Part shown: positions 11,108-21,263 of the stretch, piece by piece | How the letters are laid out: each line of letters begins with the position of its first letter | How positions within the stretch are numbered: the stretch's first letter is position 1 | Assembly: GCA_963851265.1 (NCBI GenBank) | Contig: CAWKNZ010000004.1 | Span: 1-64,000 of the forward strand | From: an uncultured Gemmatimonadales bacterium | GTDB taxonomy: Bacteria > Gemmatimonadota > Gemmatimonadetes > Gemmatimonadales > Gemmatimonadaceae | Reading direction: 5' to 3' | DNA: 64,000 nt | Notes under the pieces: model-generated | Seen by the model: only the letters and a program-made list of their open reading frames with translations | Told to the model about the DNA's origin: nothing | The model's database searches: none | Made by a program: the position numbers and the translations under genes

Positions 11108-11137
11108 GCCAACCGCAGGCCAACCCTGAGTCGCCCC

Positions 11138-12037
11138 ATGACGATCCCCGACACCTCCGCCGCGCCCGCCACCTCCGGCTCCGCGAACGGCGCCTCCCGC
11201 CGTGACTTCCTCCGCACCGCGGCCGCGGCGGCGGCCGGCGCCCTCGTGCTGCCGTTAGGCGCGGCCGCGGCGGTCGCCGCCCCGGCGCGCGCCGCCGCGC
11301 ACGTGCCCGGCATCCAGCTCTACACCGTGCGCACGCTCATGCAGCGCGACTTCGACGGCACGCTCGCCGCGCTCGCGAAGATGGGCTACAAGGAGTTCGA
11401 GTTCGCCGGCTACTACGGGCGCGACCCGCGCGCGCTGCGCCGCCAGCTCGACGGCCTCGGGGTGACGACGCCGAGCGCGCACATCCCGCTCGAGACGCTG
11501 CGCAACGGGCTCGGGCCCGCGCTCGACGCGGCGGCCGTGCTCGGCCACCAGTACATCGTCTGCCCCTACGTCGTCGACGCCGACCGCACGCCGGACAGCT
11601 TCGCGCGCATCGCGGACGACCTCGGGCGCATCGGGCGCGAGACCAAGGCGCGCGGGATGCAGCTCGCCTACCACAACCACGACTTCGAGTTCAAGGCGAT
11701 GCCGGACGGCCAGCTGCCGTACGACATGCTGCTGGCGCGCACCGACCCGTCGCTCGTGAAGATGGAGGTCGACCTGTACTGGATGACCTACGCGGGGCAG
11801 GACGCGATCAAGTACATCACCGCCCACCCCGAGCGCTTCCCGCTCTGCCACGTGAAGGATCTGAGCCGCGCGGGCGGGACGGCGCACATGGCCGACGTGG
11901 GCCAGGGCTCGATCGACTTCAAGTCCATCTTCGCGCGCGCGCAGTTCCAGCACTACTTCGTCGAGCGCGACGATACCACCGACCCGCTGACCAGCGCGCG
12001 GGTGAGCGAGCAGGCGCTGAAGGCGCTGCTCGCGTGA
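11138..12037 (+). CDS. Tat-exported sugar phosphate isomerase/epimerase TIM-barrel protein
   Basis: SRRDFL Tat motif; GIQLYTVR, YHNHDFEF, EVDLYW, HVKD, FVERD. Confidence 0.88.
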   Translation: MTIPDTSAAPATSGSANGASRRDFLRTAAAAAAGALVLPLGAAAAVAAPARAAAHVPGIQLYTVRTLMQRDFDGTLAALAKMGYKEFEFAGYYGRDPRALRRQLDGLGVTTPSAHIPLETLRNGLGPALDAAAVLGHQYIVCPYVVDADRTPDSFARIADDLGRIGRETKARGMQLAYHNHDFEFKAMPDGQLPYDMLLARTDPSLVKMEVDLYWMTYAGQDAIKYITAHPERFPLCHVKDLSRAGGTAHMADVGQGSIDFKSIFARAQFQHYFVERDDTTDPLTSARVSEQALKALLA

Positions 12038-12088
12038 CCGCACGCGTGACCGCACGCGCGACCGCACGCGCGGGCGCACACGTGAGCG
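12031..12088. repeat. Degenerating 12-bp tandem repeat CGCGTGACCGCA x~4-5 starting at a stop codon
   Basis: Units at 12031, 12043, 12055, 12067, 12079 (last two degenerate). Confidence 0.8.
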
Positions 12089-12137
12089 CGGGACACGCTG
12101 GCATCGTCGGGCATCACGACTCTCTCCCTTCCCTTTC

Positions 12138-12887
12138 ATGACTCCGCGCCTCTCGTTCGCGCTCGCCGCGACGCTCGCCTCCGCGACCCTCGCGGCCGCG
12201 GCGCCCCTCGCCGCCCAGACCGCGGCCGCGGCCGACGCCCCGGCCGCCCGGGGCGGCTGGACCGTGCTCTTCGACGGCACGCCGGCCTCGCTCGCCGCGC
12301 ACTGGCGCGGCTACCGCCGCACGGACGTCCCGACCGACTGGAAGGCCGAGGGGGGCGTGCTCACGCTCACGCCGGGCGGCGACAGCGTCGCGCACGGCGA
12401 CCTCCTCACGCGGGAGCAGTACGGCGACTTCGAGCTCGAGTACGAGTGGAAGATCTCGCCCGGCGGCAACAGCGGGGTGATCTACCGCGTGGCCGAGACC
12501 GAGCCGACGACGTGGCAGACCGGCCCGGAGATGCAGGTGCTCGACGACGCGCGCCACGCCGACGGCAAGCTGCCCTCCCACCGGGCCGGCGCGCTCTACG
12601 ACCTGATCGCGCCGCCGGCGGGGGTGGCGCGGCCGGTCGGCGAGTTCAACCGCGCGCGCATCGTGATGCGCGGCATGCACGTGCAGCAATACCTCAACGG
12701 GAAGCTCACGGCGGACCTCGACTTCTCGAGCCCGCGCGGTCAGCAGCTCGTCGCGGCCAGCAAGTTCCACGTGTACCCGCACTTCATGACGGGGCGGAGC
12801 GGCTACATCGCGCTGCAGGACCACGGCAACGAGGTCACGTTCCGCAACATCCGGGTGCGGCGGCTCGACGGCGGCCGCAGCGGCTGA
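12138..12887 (+). CDS. DUF1080 secreted protein
   Basis: Signal peptide; GWTVLFDG, DFELEYEW, GNSGVIY, GPEMQVLD, LQDHG, FRNI. Confidence 0.88.
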   Translation: MTPRLSFALAATLASATLAAAAPLAAQTAAAADAPAARGGWTVLFDGTPASLAAHWRGYRRTDVPTDWKAEGGVLTLTPGGDSVAHGDLLTREQYGDFELEYEWKISPGGNSGVIYRVAETEPTTWQTGPEMQVLDDARHADGKLPSHRAGALYDLIAPPAGVARPVGEFNRARIVMRGMHVQQYLNGKLTADLDFSSPRGQQLVAASKFHVYPHFMTGRSGYIALQDHGNEVTFRNIRVRRLDGGRSG

Positions 12888-12905
12888 CCGCGGCCGCGGC
12901 GCGGG

Positions 12906-13715
12906 TCACGGCAGCTCGCGCACCCACATGTTGCGGAAGCTGATCGGCGGGCTCGGGTCGGGGTGCGCCTGGAGCTTGATGGGCGACGGGCCGTGCGCGG
13001 TGTAGGCGGGCACGCCGTCGTTCACCGTCTCGCCGCGCACGGCGACGTGGTTCTGCACGAGCGCGCCGTTGTGGTAGGCCGTCACGTACGCCGGCGACTT
13101 GAGCGAGCCGTCGGCGTTGAAGGTCGGCGCCGTCCACACCACGTCGTAACCCTGCCACTCGCCGGGCGGGCGCATGGCGTTGACGAGCGGTGCGTACTGC
13201 TTGTAGACGCTCGCCGCCTGCCCGTTGACGTAGGTCGGGTTCTGGTACGAGTCCATGATCTGCAGCTCGTAGCCCGCGTCGCCCTTGCCGGTCGAGGCCA
13301 GGAACACGCCGCTGTTGCCGCGCAGCTGCCCGGTGCCGGTGATGCCGGCCGGCACGCGCCACTCCAGGTGCAGCTGGTAGTTGGTGAACCGGCGCGTCGT
13401 CTGGATGTTGCCCGCGGACTTGACGACGGTCACGACGCCGTCGGCGACCGTCCAGCCGGCCGGGCCGGCGGTCGCGACGTTGGCCCACTGCGCGAGGTCG
13501 TGCCCGTCGAAGAGCACCGCCGCGTCGGACGGGGGCGGCGTCAGCAGGCCGGCGCCGGGCGCGGGGGTCACCACCGGCGGGACCGGGGCGTAGACCTCGG
13601 CCACCGCAGCGTTAGGCGCGACGGTGCCGTCGGGGTGCCGGGCGCAGGCGGCGAGGGCGGCGGCCCCCGCGAGCACGGGCGCGAGCACGGGCGGGAGGAG
13701 GAACGAACGGCGCAT
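12906..13715 (-). CDS. DUF1080 lipoprotein, close paralog of 5543..6364
   Basis: Lipobox LAAC; same DUF1080 motifs; near-identical DNA blocks to the first copy. Confidence 0.87.
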   Translation of the reverse strand: MRRSFLLPPVLAPVLAGAAALAACARHPDGTVAPNAAVAEVYAPVPPVVTPAPGAGLLTPPPSDAAVLFDGHDLAQWANVATAGPAGWTVADGVVTVVKSAGNIQTTRRFTNYQLHLEWRVPAGITGTGQLRGNSGVFLASTGKGDAGYELQIMDSYQNPTYVNGQAASVYKQYAPLVNAMRPPGEWQGYDVVWTAPTFNADGSLKSPAYVTAYHNGALVQNHVAVRGETVNDGVPAYTAHGPSPIKLQAHPDPSPPISFRNMWVRELP

Positions 13716-13898
13716 CGCGATCGCGGGCGGAGGAACGGGGCGGCCGTGCATCGTGCGAGCGCGGTGGGGCGAAGTCAAGCGGCGCGCACCCCGCCGCGCG
13801 CATCCGCAGCGCGCCGCGTAGCTTGACGTGCGAGACCTGCGGCGGCGCGGCTCGCCGGACCGGGCCGCGGCGCGACACCCTTCGACCCCCGACGCCTC

Positions 13899-15584
13899 AT
13901 GGCTGATCAGACATACGACGTGTGCATCATCGGCTCGGGCGCGGGGGGCGGGATGGCCGCGTACGTGCTCACGCAGGCGGGCGCGAACGTCGTCATGCTC
14001 GAAGCCGGTCCCGAGTGGTACAGCACGCGGGACGCCCAGATGCTGACGCCCACGTACGCGACCGTGCGCCGGGGCGCCGGGTCCAAGCGCAAGCCGTTCG
14101 GCGAGTTCGACGGCTGCATCGGCGGGTGGGAGATCGAGGGCGAGCCCTACACCTTCGCCGAGGGCAACTACTTCCACTGGTGGCGCGCGCGCATGCTCGG
14201 CGGGCGCACCAACCACTGGGGGCGCATCTCGCTGCGCTTCGGCCCCGAGGATTTCAAGGGCAAGTCGAAGGACGGGCTCGGCGACGACTGGCCCATCGGC
14301 TACGACGACGTCGCGCCGTACTACGATCGCGTCGACCGGCTGGTGGGCGTGTTCGGGTCCAAGGAGGGGCTGCGCAACCACCCCGACGGCGACTTCCTGC
14401 CCGCGCCCAAGCCGCGCTGCTACGAGCTGATGGTCAAGCGCGCGAGCGACCGGCTGGGCGTCACGTGCATCCCGTCGCGCCTGTCGATCCTCACGAAGCC
14501 GATCAACGGGCGTGCGGGGTGTCACTTCTGCGGGCAGTGCGGGCGCGGGTGCCGGGTGAACGCGAACTTCTCGAGCCCGGGCGTGCTCATCGCCCCCGCG
14601 CTCAAGACGGGCCGCCTCACGCTGGTGACCAACGCGATGGCGCGCGAGGTCACCGTCGGGCGCGACGGGCTCGCGACGGGGGTCAGCTACGTCGACAAGC
14701 GCGACGGCAGCGACCAGCACGTGCGCGCGCGCGTGGTGGTGCTCGCGGCGAGCGCGCTCGAGAGCGCGCGGCTGCTGCTCAACTCGCGGTCGTCGCTCTT
14801 CCCCAACGGCCTCGCCAACTCGAGCGGCACGGTGGGGCGGTACATCACCGACACCACGGGCACCGACGTGGCGGGCTACATCCCGGCGTTGCTCGACCAC
14901 GTGCCGCACAACGAGGACGGCGTGGGCGGGATGCACGTGTACATGCCCTGGTGGCTCGACAACCGGAAGCTCGACTTCCCGAGGGGCTACCACATCGAGG
15001 TGTGGGGCGGGCAGGGGCAGCCGGGGTACGGCTTCGGCGGCGGCATCCAGAGCCGGCCGGGCGTGGCGGGCGGCTACGGCGCGGGGCTCAAGCAGGAGTA
15101 CCGGCACCAGTACGGCGCGACCATCGGCTTCTCGGGGCGCGGCGAGATGATCCCCAACGACGGGTCGTACGCGGAGCTCGACCCCGAGGTCGTCGACCAG
15201 TGGGGGATCCCGGTGCTGCGCTTCCACTGGCTCGCGACCGACCACGAGAAGCTGCAGGTGAAGCACATGCAGGAGACCTTCCGCGCGCTCATCCACGAGA
15301 TGGGGGGCACGCCACTCTCGCCGATGCCGACCAAGGAGAAGGGGTACGGCATCGCGCCGGGCGGGCACATCATCCACGAGGTGGGCGGCGCGCGGATGGG
15401 GAGCGACCCGAAGACGTCGGTGCTCAACGCGGGCTGCCAGGCGCACGACGTCAAGAACCTGTTCGTCGCCGACGGCGCGCCGTTCACGACGCAGGCGGAC
15501 AAGAACCCGACGTGGACCATCCTCGCGCTCGCCTGGCGCACGGCGGACAACATCACGGCGCTGCGCAAGCAGGGGGCGGTATGA
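13899..15584 (+). CDS. GMC-family FAD oxidoreductase (glycoside 3-dehydrogenase catalytic subunit-like)
   Basis: IIGSGAGGG FAD motif, GGRTNHW, CHFCGQCGRGC cysteine cluster, HEVGGARMG, KNPTWT. Confidence 0.9.
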   Translation: MADQTYDVCIIGSGAGGGMAAYVLTQAGANVVMLEAGPEWYSTRDAQMLTPTYATVRRGAGSKRKPFGEFDGCIGGWEIEGEPYTFAEGNYFHWWRARMLGGRTNHWGRISLRFGPEDFKGKSKDGLGDDWPIGYDDVAPYYDRVDRLVGVFGSKEGLRNHPDGDFLPAPKPRCYELMVKRASDRLGVTCIPSRLSILTKPINGRAGCHFCGQCGRGCRVNANFSSPGVLIAPALKTGRLTLVTNAMAREVTVGRDGLATGVSYVDKRDGSDQHVRARVVVLAASALESARLLLNSRSSLFPNGLANSSGTVGRYITDTTGTDVAGYIPALLDHVPHNEDGVGGMHVYMPWWLDNRKLDFPRGYHIEVWGGQGQPGYGFGGGIQSRPGVAGGYGAGLKQEYRHQYGATIGFSGRGEMIPNDGSYAELDPEVVDQWGIPVLRFHWLATDHEKLQVKHMQETFRALIHEMGGTPLSPMPTKEKGYGIAPGGHIIHEVGGARMGSDPKTSVLNAGCQAHDVKNLFVADGAPFTTQADKNPTWTILALAWRTADNITALRKQGAV

Positions 15585-16318
15585 GCGACGAATCGGTCAC
15601 CCCGAAGGGCGTCTCGCGCCGCGACGCGCTCCGCACGTTAGGCCTGGCCGCGGGCGGCGTCGCGGCGGCGGGCGCGGCCGGCGCGGCGGCCTGCACGACC
15701 GACGCAACGCCGAAGGGGTCGGGCGCCGCGCCCGCGGGCGCGGCCGGGTCGGGCGCGGCCGGGTCGGGCGCGGCCGGGTCGGGCGCGGCCGACGCGGGCG
15801 GCGCCGCGAAGACCTACTTCACGCCGCACGAGCGCGAGACGGTGGGCGCGCTGGTCGATTACATCATCCCGCGCGACGAACGCTCGGGGAGCGCCACCGA
15901 CGCGGGGGTGCCGGCGTGGATGGACGCGTTCCTCGCCCACCCCGACACCGAGGACAACTTCCGCCTCGCGATCCGCGGCGGGCTGGCCTGGCTGGACGCC
16001 GAGACGCTGCGGCGCACGGGCGTGACCTTCGCACGCGCGACCGACGCGGCGCGGCGGGCGGTGCTCGACGACATCGCCTACCCCGCACGCGCGCGCCCCG
16101 CGATGAGCCAGGGCGTCGCCTTCTTCAACCACTTCCGCGACTTCACCGCGTCGGGATTCTTCTCGAGTCAGATGGGGCAGAAGGATCTGCAGTACGAGGG
16201 CAACGTCGCCGTGCCGGTGTGGGACGGCTGCCCGCCGGCGGCGCTGGCGAAGCTCGGGGTGAGCTACGACCTGATGGCGACGCGGGTGGCGCCGCAGACC
16301 GGGGGGGCGCGGGCCTGA
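15581..16318 (+). CDS. Gluconate 2-dehydrogenase subunit 3 family (Tat hitchhiker subunit)
   Basis: SRRDALR Tat motif; DYIIP...SATDAGV, FFNHFRDFTASGFFSS; ATGA overlap with GMC gene. Confidence 0.85.
   Translation: MSDESVTPKGVSRRDALRTLGLAAGGVAAAGAAGAAACTTDATPKGSGAAPAGAAGSGAAGSGAAGSGAADAGGAAKTYFTPHERETVGALVDYIIPRDERSGSATDAGVPAWMDAFLAHPDTEDNFRLAIRGGLAWLDAETLRRTGVTFARATDAARRAVLDDIAYPARARPAMSQGVAFFNHFRDFTASGFFSSQMGQKDLQYEGNVAVPVWDGCPPAALAKLGVSYDLMATRVAPQTGGARA
15736..15790. repeat. In-frame 15-bp tandem repeat (GAAGS linker x~3.7)
   Basis: GGGCGCGGCCGGGTC at 15736, 15751, 15766, partial 15781. Confidence 0.9.
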
Positions 16319-16323
16319 GGTCG

Positions 16324-16367
16324 CCGGCGGGCGCGCGGTCGGCGGGCCGGAGGCGTGCGCCCGCCGG
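16324..16367. terminator. GC-rich inverted repeat between convergent genes
   Basis: CCGGCGGGCGC ... GCGCCCGCCGG; no U tract. Confidence 0.4.
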
Positions 16368-16378
16368 GCGAGACACCG

Positions 16379-16717
16379 TCAGGTGTGGGAGGCCCGCGGG
16401 TGGGCGGGATTGGGCGTGTGCGGCGCCCGTCCCAGGTCCTGCCAGCGTTCCTCACGCACCTCGACGCCGAAGTGGCGGGCGGCCGAGCGCAGGTTGGCCC
16501 AGGCGAGATCGCGGTCGGCGTCGCTGACGTCCGCGACCTGATCGAAACGGGCGAGCGCCGCGCGCACGTGCCCCGCGTCGGTGAGCGGGAGCTTGCGCTG
16601 CTCGGGCAGCGCGTACGCGGTGTCGGGCAGCTCGCCGCGCTCGGACGATTCGAGGCGGTGGTTGTGGTTGTGGTCGACGTCCGTGGCGGGCGGGCGCCAG
16701 GTGGCGGTGGGCGGCAT
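16379..16717 (-). CDS. Small DUF6582-like protein
   Basis: [32 protein letters not shown]...DRDLAWANL pattern; GGAG upstream. Confidence 0.75.
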   Translation of the reverse strand: MPPTATWRPPATDVDHNHNHRLESSERGELPDTAYALPEQRKLPLTDAGHVRAALARFDQVADVSDADRDLAWANLRSAARHFGVEVREERWQDLGRAPHTPNPAHPRASHT

Positions 16718-16863
16718 GCACGACTCCGGGTAGAAAGTGGACGCGCGAATCGTGCACGCCGTGTACCCTCAATACCGTTCGGCGCGGTGCGCCGCGGCCA
16801 CCGACCGGCCCGCCGCTCGACCGCTCCGGTCCCCACCCGATCTCCTTCATCCGTCTCTGCCTC

Positions 16864-18456
16864 ATGAGCGCTGACCCGACCGTCTCCCGCCGTCAGTTCG
16901 TCACCACCGCCGCCGCGTTCGGCGCGGGGATCATGATCGTGCCGCGCCACGTGCTCGGCGGCCGGGGCCACGTCGCCCCGAGCGACCAGTTGAACGTGCT
17001 CATGGTGGGCGGCGGGGGCATGGCGTCGAGCAACGCGTTCGCGCTCGTGGCCGGCGGTCAGCGCATCGTGGCGATCGCCGACGTCGACCAGGCGTACGCC
17101 GACCGGAGCGCGGCCGGCCGCGCCCAGCCCGACCCGCGCACCGGCGTCGCCAACCCCGACGGCGCGCGGCTCGTCGCGCAGTACGCCGCGGCCCGGCGAT
17201 ACACCGACTTCCGCCAGATGCTCGAGCGCGAGAAGAACGCCGACGCCGTGGTGGTCGCCTGCCCCGACCACATCCACGCAGTGGCCGCGAAGGCGGCGAT
17301 GGAGCTGGGCAAGCCGGTCTACGTGCAGAAGCCGCTCACCTACTCGGTGCACGAGGCGCGCGTGCTGCGCGACACCGCCCGCCGCACGGGCGTGGTCACG
17401 CAGATGGGCAACCAGGGGCACTCGACGCGCGAGGCGGGCCTCATCAACGACTGGGTGCGTTCGGGCGGCATCGGCGCGGTGCGCGAGGTGCACGTCTGGA
17501 CCAACCGCCCGATCTGGCCGCAGGGGGTGCCCTACCCCTCGGACGCCCCCGCGGGGCCGCCGAGCGCGCCGTTCGGGAACGCCTACACGTCGCGCTCGCT
17601 CAACGAGCAGCTCGCCGCGGCGATGGCGGCGGCCCCGCCGCACGCGCCGCCCGCGAACCTCGACTGGGACCTCTACTGCGGCCCCGCGGCGATGATCCCG
17701 TGGCACGCGATCTACCACCCGTTCAACTGGCGCGGGTGGACCAACTTCGGCGCGGGCGCGTTAGGCGACATGGGCGCCCACCTGATCGACGCCCCGTACT
17801 GGGCGCTCGGCCTCACCTACCCGACGACCATCGAGGCGACGAGCACGCCGTGGGGCGGCGACCAGCAGCACCCCGCGTCGTACCCGATGAGCATGATGGT
17901 GCACTACGACTTCCCGGCCCGCGGCGCGCAGCCGCCGGTGCGGATGACGTGGTACGACGGCGGGCTGATGCCGGCCCGCCACCCGAGCCTGCCCGACGAC
18001 CTCGTGCTCGACCGGTCGGGCGGCACGATGATGGTCGGCGACAAGGGCGTGCTCATGCACGAGACGTACGGCCGCAACCCGCGCATCTACCCCGAGTCGC
18101 GCTTCCGCGAGGTCGCGCCCGCGTACGTGGAGGAGCGCGACCGCGCCCGGCGCGAGCAGGAGGAGATCCGGCGTCACGCGGCCGAGGGCGGCCAGCCGAT
18201 GCCGCGTCAGCTGCCGACGAGCCCCGTGGTGTCGCACGAGATGAACTGGGTGGAGGCGGTCAAGGCCAAGCGCGCCGCGAGCTGCCCCTTCGACTACGCC
18301 GCCCCGCTCACCGAGACGATGCTGTTGGGCATCGTCGCGCTGCGCACCGGGCAGGGGCGCCCCATCCACTACGACGGCGCGCGCATGGCGATCACCAACG
18401 TGCCCGAGGCGAACGCGTACCTGCAGCGCCAGTACCGCGCGGGCTGGACGTTGTGA
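16864..18456 (+). CDS. Tat-exported Gfo/Idh/MocA oxidoreductase
   Basis: SRRQF Tat motif; PDHIH, YVQKPL, TQMGNQG, NWRGW, GDMGAH. Confidence 0.88.
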   Translation: MSADPTVSRRQFVTTAAAFGAGIMIVPRHVLGGRGHVAPSDQLNVLMVGGGGMASSNAFALVAGGQRIVAIADVDQAYADRSAAGRAQPDPRTGVANPDGARLVAQYAAARRYTDFRQMLEREKNADAVVVACPDHIHAVAAKAAMELGKPVYVQKPLTYSVHEARVLRDTARRTGVVTQMGNQGHSTREAGLINDWVRSGGIGAVREVHVWTNRPIWPQGVPYPSDAPAGPPSAPFGNAYTSRSLNEQLAAAMAAAPPHAPPANLDWDLYCGPAAMIPWHAIYHPFNWRGWTNFGAGALGDMGAHLIDAPYWALGLTYPTTIEATSTPWGGDQQHPASYPMSMMVHYDFPARGAQPPVRMTWYDGGLMPARHPSLPDDLVLDRSGGTMMVGDKGVLMHETYGRNPRIYPESRFREVAPAYVEERDRARREQEEIRRHAAEGGQPMPRQLPTSPVVSHEMNWVEAVKAKRAASCPFDYAAPLTETMLLGIVALRTGQGRPIHYDGARMAITNVPEANAYLQRQYRAGWTL

Positions 18457-19502
18457 GCGACGGCGCCCGCGGGCGCGGCGCCGCGCTCACGACGCTCGGC
18501 GCCGCCCCGCTCGGCGCGTACCTCGCCGTGCACCTGGCCGTGCGCATGGCCGCACACCCGGCCGTGCACGCGGCCGTACAGCCACCGCGCGCCGACGCGC
18601 GCCCGGCGGTCGCGCCGCCGGCCTGGGCGTCCCCGACGGGTTCGGTGCCCGGACTTCCGTCGGACAGCGTGACGCCGCGGCACGTGCCGGCCAGCGCCGT
18701 CGCGTTCACCGTCGCGGGCACGCGCGACCTGTACTCCGTGCCGGACTGGTTTCCCGGCACGCACCCGCCGATGCCGCCCGTGGTGGCGCGCGGGCGGCGG
18801 CCCGCGGTGTGGGCCTGCGGCTACTGTCACCTGCCCGACGGCGCGGGCCGCCCCGAGAACGCGCCCCTCGCGGGCCTCCCGGCGGACTACATCGTCCGGC
18901 AGGTGGCCGCGATGCGCGATGGTACGCGCGACAGTCCGTGGCACGCGGCGAACACGCCGTGGTCGGGGATGCGACGCGTCGCGGACAGCGCGACGGACGC
19001 CGAGGTGGCGGTGGCGGCGCAGTACTTCGCGGCGCTTCGGCTGCGCCGTCGGGCGCGCGTGGTGGAGGCCGTCCGCATCCCGCGACTGCTGCCCGGGAAC
19101 GGCCTGTACTTCCTCGCCCCCGGGGGCGGTGAGGACTCGCTCGGCCGCCGTCTCGTCGAGGTCGCCTCGAACGCCGAGCGGCACGAACTGCACGACGCCA
19201 GCCTCACCTACGTGACGTACGTCCCGCCCGGGAGCGTCGCGCGCGGGCGCGCGTTGGCGATGCGGGGCGTGCCCGGTTCGGTCGCCTCGTGCGCGAGCTG
19301 CCACGGTGCGGACCTTCGCGGTGTGGGATCCGTGCCGCCGCTCGCCGGCCGCTCGCCGTCGTACCTGCTGCGGCAGCTCATGGGCTTCGCGGCGGGGACG
19401 CGCACGGCGCCGGCCTCCGCCCCGATGCGCGCGGTCGCCGGCGCGCTCGGGCTCGACGAGATGATCGCCGCGGCCGCGTACGCGGGCTCGCGCACGCCCT
19501 GA
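18453..19502 (+). CDS. Diheme c-type cytochrome (c4/c553-like)
   Basis: Two CxxCH motifs (CGYCH, CASCH), PLAGL/PLAGR...YL..QL; GTGA overlap, true start uncertain. Confidence 0.82.
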   Translation: MSDGARGRGAALTTLGAAPLGAYLAVHLAVRMAAHPAVHAAVQPPRADARPAVAPPAWASPTGSVPGLPSDSVTPRHVPASAVAFTVAGTRDLYSVPDWFPGTHPPMPPVVARGRRPAVWACGYCHLPDGAGRPENAPLAGLPADYIVRQVAAMRDGTRDSPWHAANTPWSGMRRVADSATDAEVAVAAQYFAALRLRRRARVVEAVRIPRLLPGNGLYFLAPGGGEDSLGRRLVEVASNAERHELHDASLTYVTYVPPGSVARGRALAMRGVPGSVASCASCHGADLRGVGSVPPLAGRSPSYLLRQLMGFAAGTRTAPASAPMRAVAGALGLDEMIAAAAYAGSRTP

Positions 19503-19516
19503 CCCCCGTGGGGCGC

Positions 19517-20476
19517 CTACGCCCCCTCGATCTGTCCCGTCATCAGCGGCTGCCCGGTTGGCCGCGGCGACCCGCCGTCGGGCTCCTCGGTGACCGCGGC
19601 CACCTGCATCTCGGCCTCGGGCGGCACGTGCAGGACCACCTGCACCCGCCCGTTCTCCTCTGGCGTGAAGGTGCCGAGGCTCTGCGGCTGCCCGCCCTTC
19701 GCGATGCCCCAGAGTTGGTAGGTGCGCCCCGCGTGCGGCCGCGGCATTGCCGACGCCGTGAGCAGTACGGCGCCCTGCCCCGGGCTCCAGATCAGGCGCG
19801 CCGCTGCCGGCTCGCCCGGGACCGCGAGCCGTGCGGTGCGCGCGTCGGGTGCGGTCACGACGGCGAGGAGCGAGTCGCGCGCGCGGTCGACCAGCGCGCC
19901 CCGGCGCCGGACGCGGGCGGCGAGTTCCTGCAGGGTGCCGAGTGCGCGCTCGCGCTCCGCGAGGCGGACCTGGCGCTCGCGCGCCCACCCCGCGCCGAGG
20001 CCGGCGGCGAGCGCGAGGCACGCGGCGGCCGCGTACCAGGGCGCCCACGCGGTCGGACGTCGCGCCGGGGTGATCGCGCGGATCGACGACGTCGCCGTGC
20101 GCGGGCGGAGCGGCTGTGCGGCGGTCGCGGGGGCGTCGGGCGCTGTCGTGGCGGGGGCGGTCGTGGCGGGGGCGGTCGTGGCGGGGGCGGTCGTGGCGGG
20201 GGACGGGTTGGCCCGCGCTTCGGACAGGATGCGCGCGCGCAGCGACGGCGAGGGCGACTGCGAGGGCGACTCGGCCCCCGCCTCGCGGGCCAGCAGCACG
20301 CCGACGTCGCGGAACTGGCGCACCTCGGCCGCGCACCGCGCACAGCCCGCCAGGTGCGCCTCGAACGCGGCGCGCTCGTCGGCGTCGAGCGCGCCCAGCG
20401 CGTACGCCGCCGCGTCGTCGGCCCACGGCGCGTGGTCGTGCGCGTTGGGCAGGGCGCCCGCCGGCCCGCCCGTCAC
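19517..20476 (-). CDS. Anti-sigma factor (zf-HC2 + TM + RskA-like C-terminal domain)
   Basis: AAYALGAL, HLAGCARC (HxxxCxxC), TM helix, YQLW, AVTEEPDGGSPRPTG. Confidence 0.87.
   Translation of the reverse strand: MTGGPAGALPNAHDHAPWADDAAAYALGALDADERAAFEAHLAGCARCAAEVRQFRDVGVLLAREAGAESPSQSPSPSLRARILSEARANPSPATTAPATTAPATTAPATTAPDAPATAAQPLRPRTATSSIRAITPARRPTAWAPWYAAAACLALAAGLGAGWARERQVRLAERERALGTLQELAARVRRRGALVDRARDSLLAVVTAPDARTARLAVPGEPAAARLIWSPGQGAVLLTASAMPRPHAGRTYQLWGIAKGGQPQSLGTFTPEENGRVQVVLHVPPEAEMQVAAVTEEPDGGSPRPTGQPLMTGQIEGA
20145..20202. repeat. In-frame 15-bp tandem repeat (ATTAP x4) in anti-sigma linker
   Basis: GTCGTGGCGGGGGCG units at 20145, 20160, 20175, 20190. Confidence 0.9.
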
Positions 20477-21198
20477 GCGTCGCCCCCCGCCGCGGCCGCG
20501 GGGCGCATCGCCTCGCGGAGCTTGAGCAGTCCCGTGCGGATGCGCGTCTTGACGGTGCCTAACGGCTGGCCGAGCGCGGCGGCGACGTCGGCGTGCGAGA
20601 GCCCGCCGAAGAAGGCCAGCTCGATCGCGCGGCGCTGCGGCTCGGGCAGCGCGGCGAGCGAGCCGCGCACCGCGCGCGCCGCCTCCGCGCGCTCCACCGC
20701 CGCGTCGGGCGCCTCGGGGCTCCCGCCTAACGGGACGGCGGTGGCGGCCGTGCCGGCCGGCGCGAGCGCGGCCGCGTCGCCGGCGGCGCGCTCCTCCAGG
20801 CGTACGCGGCGGCGCCGCGCGCGCACGTGGTCGAGCGCCCGGGCGCGGGTCACCATCGTCACCCACGCGGCCACGCTTCCGCGCGCCGCGTCGTAGCGCG
20901 CCGCGGTGCGCCAGAGCTGCGCGAACACCGCGGCCGTCACGTCGTCGGCCTCGTCGGCCGCCCCGCCGACCAGCACGCGGGCGAAGCGGTGCGCGTCGGC
21001 GCCGAACCGGTCGTACAGGGTGCCGAGCGCCTCGGCGTCGCCGGCCGCGACGCGCGCCACGAGGGCCGCGTCCGCCGTCGGGCCGGCCGCCGCGTCGGAC
21101 GGTGCAACGCCGCCGCCCGCGAGGTCGGCTTGCGTGACGGGCGGCGGAGGATCGTCCACACGGACCGGAACGGGTTGGAGCGCGGGGCGATCGGTCAC
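20473..21198 (-). CDS. ECF sigma-70 factor (SigK-like)
   Basis: GDAEALGTLYDR, LWRTAARYD..RGS, LPEPQRRAIELAFFGGLSH, PLGTVKTRIR; start uncertain (GTG 21198 or 21159). Confidence 0.87.
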   Translation of the reverse strand: MTDRPALQPVPVRVDDPPPPVTQADLAGGGVAPSDAAAGPTADAALVARVAAGDAEALGTLYDRFGADAHRFARVLVGGAADEADDVTAAVFAQLWRTAARYDAARGSVAAWVTMVTRARALDHVRARRRRVRLEERAAGDAAALAPAGTAATAVPLGGSPEAPDAAVERAEAARAVRGSLAALPEPQRRAIELAFFGGLSHADVAAALGQPLGTVKTRIRTGLLKLREAMRPAAAAGGDA

Positions 21199-21263
21199 GA
21201 GCGGCGCGGGGGCGAAGGTCGCCGCAACATCGCCCCCGCCGGGCCGGACGGCAACGGCCGAGT

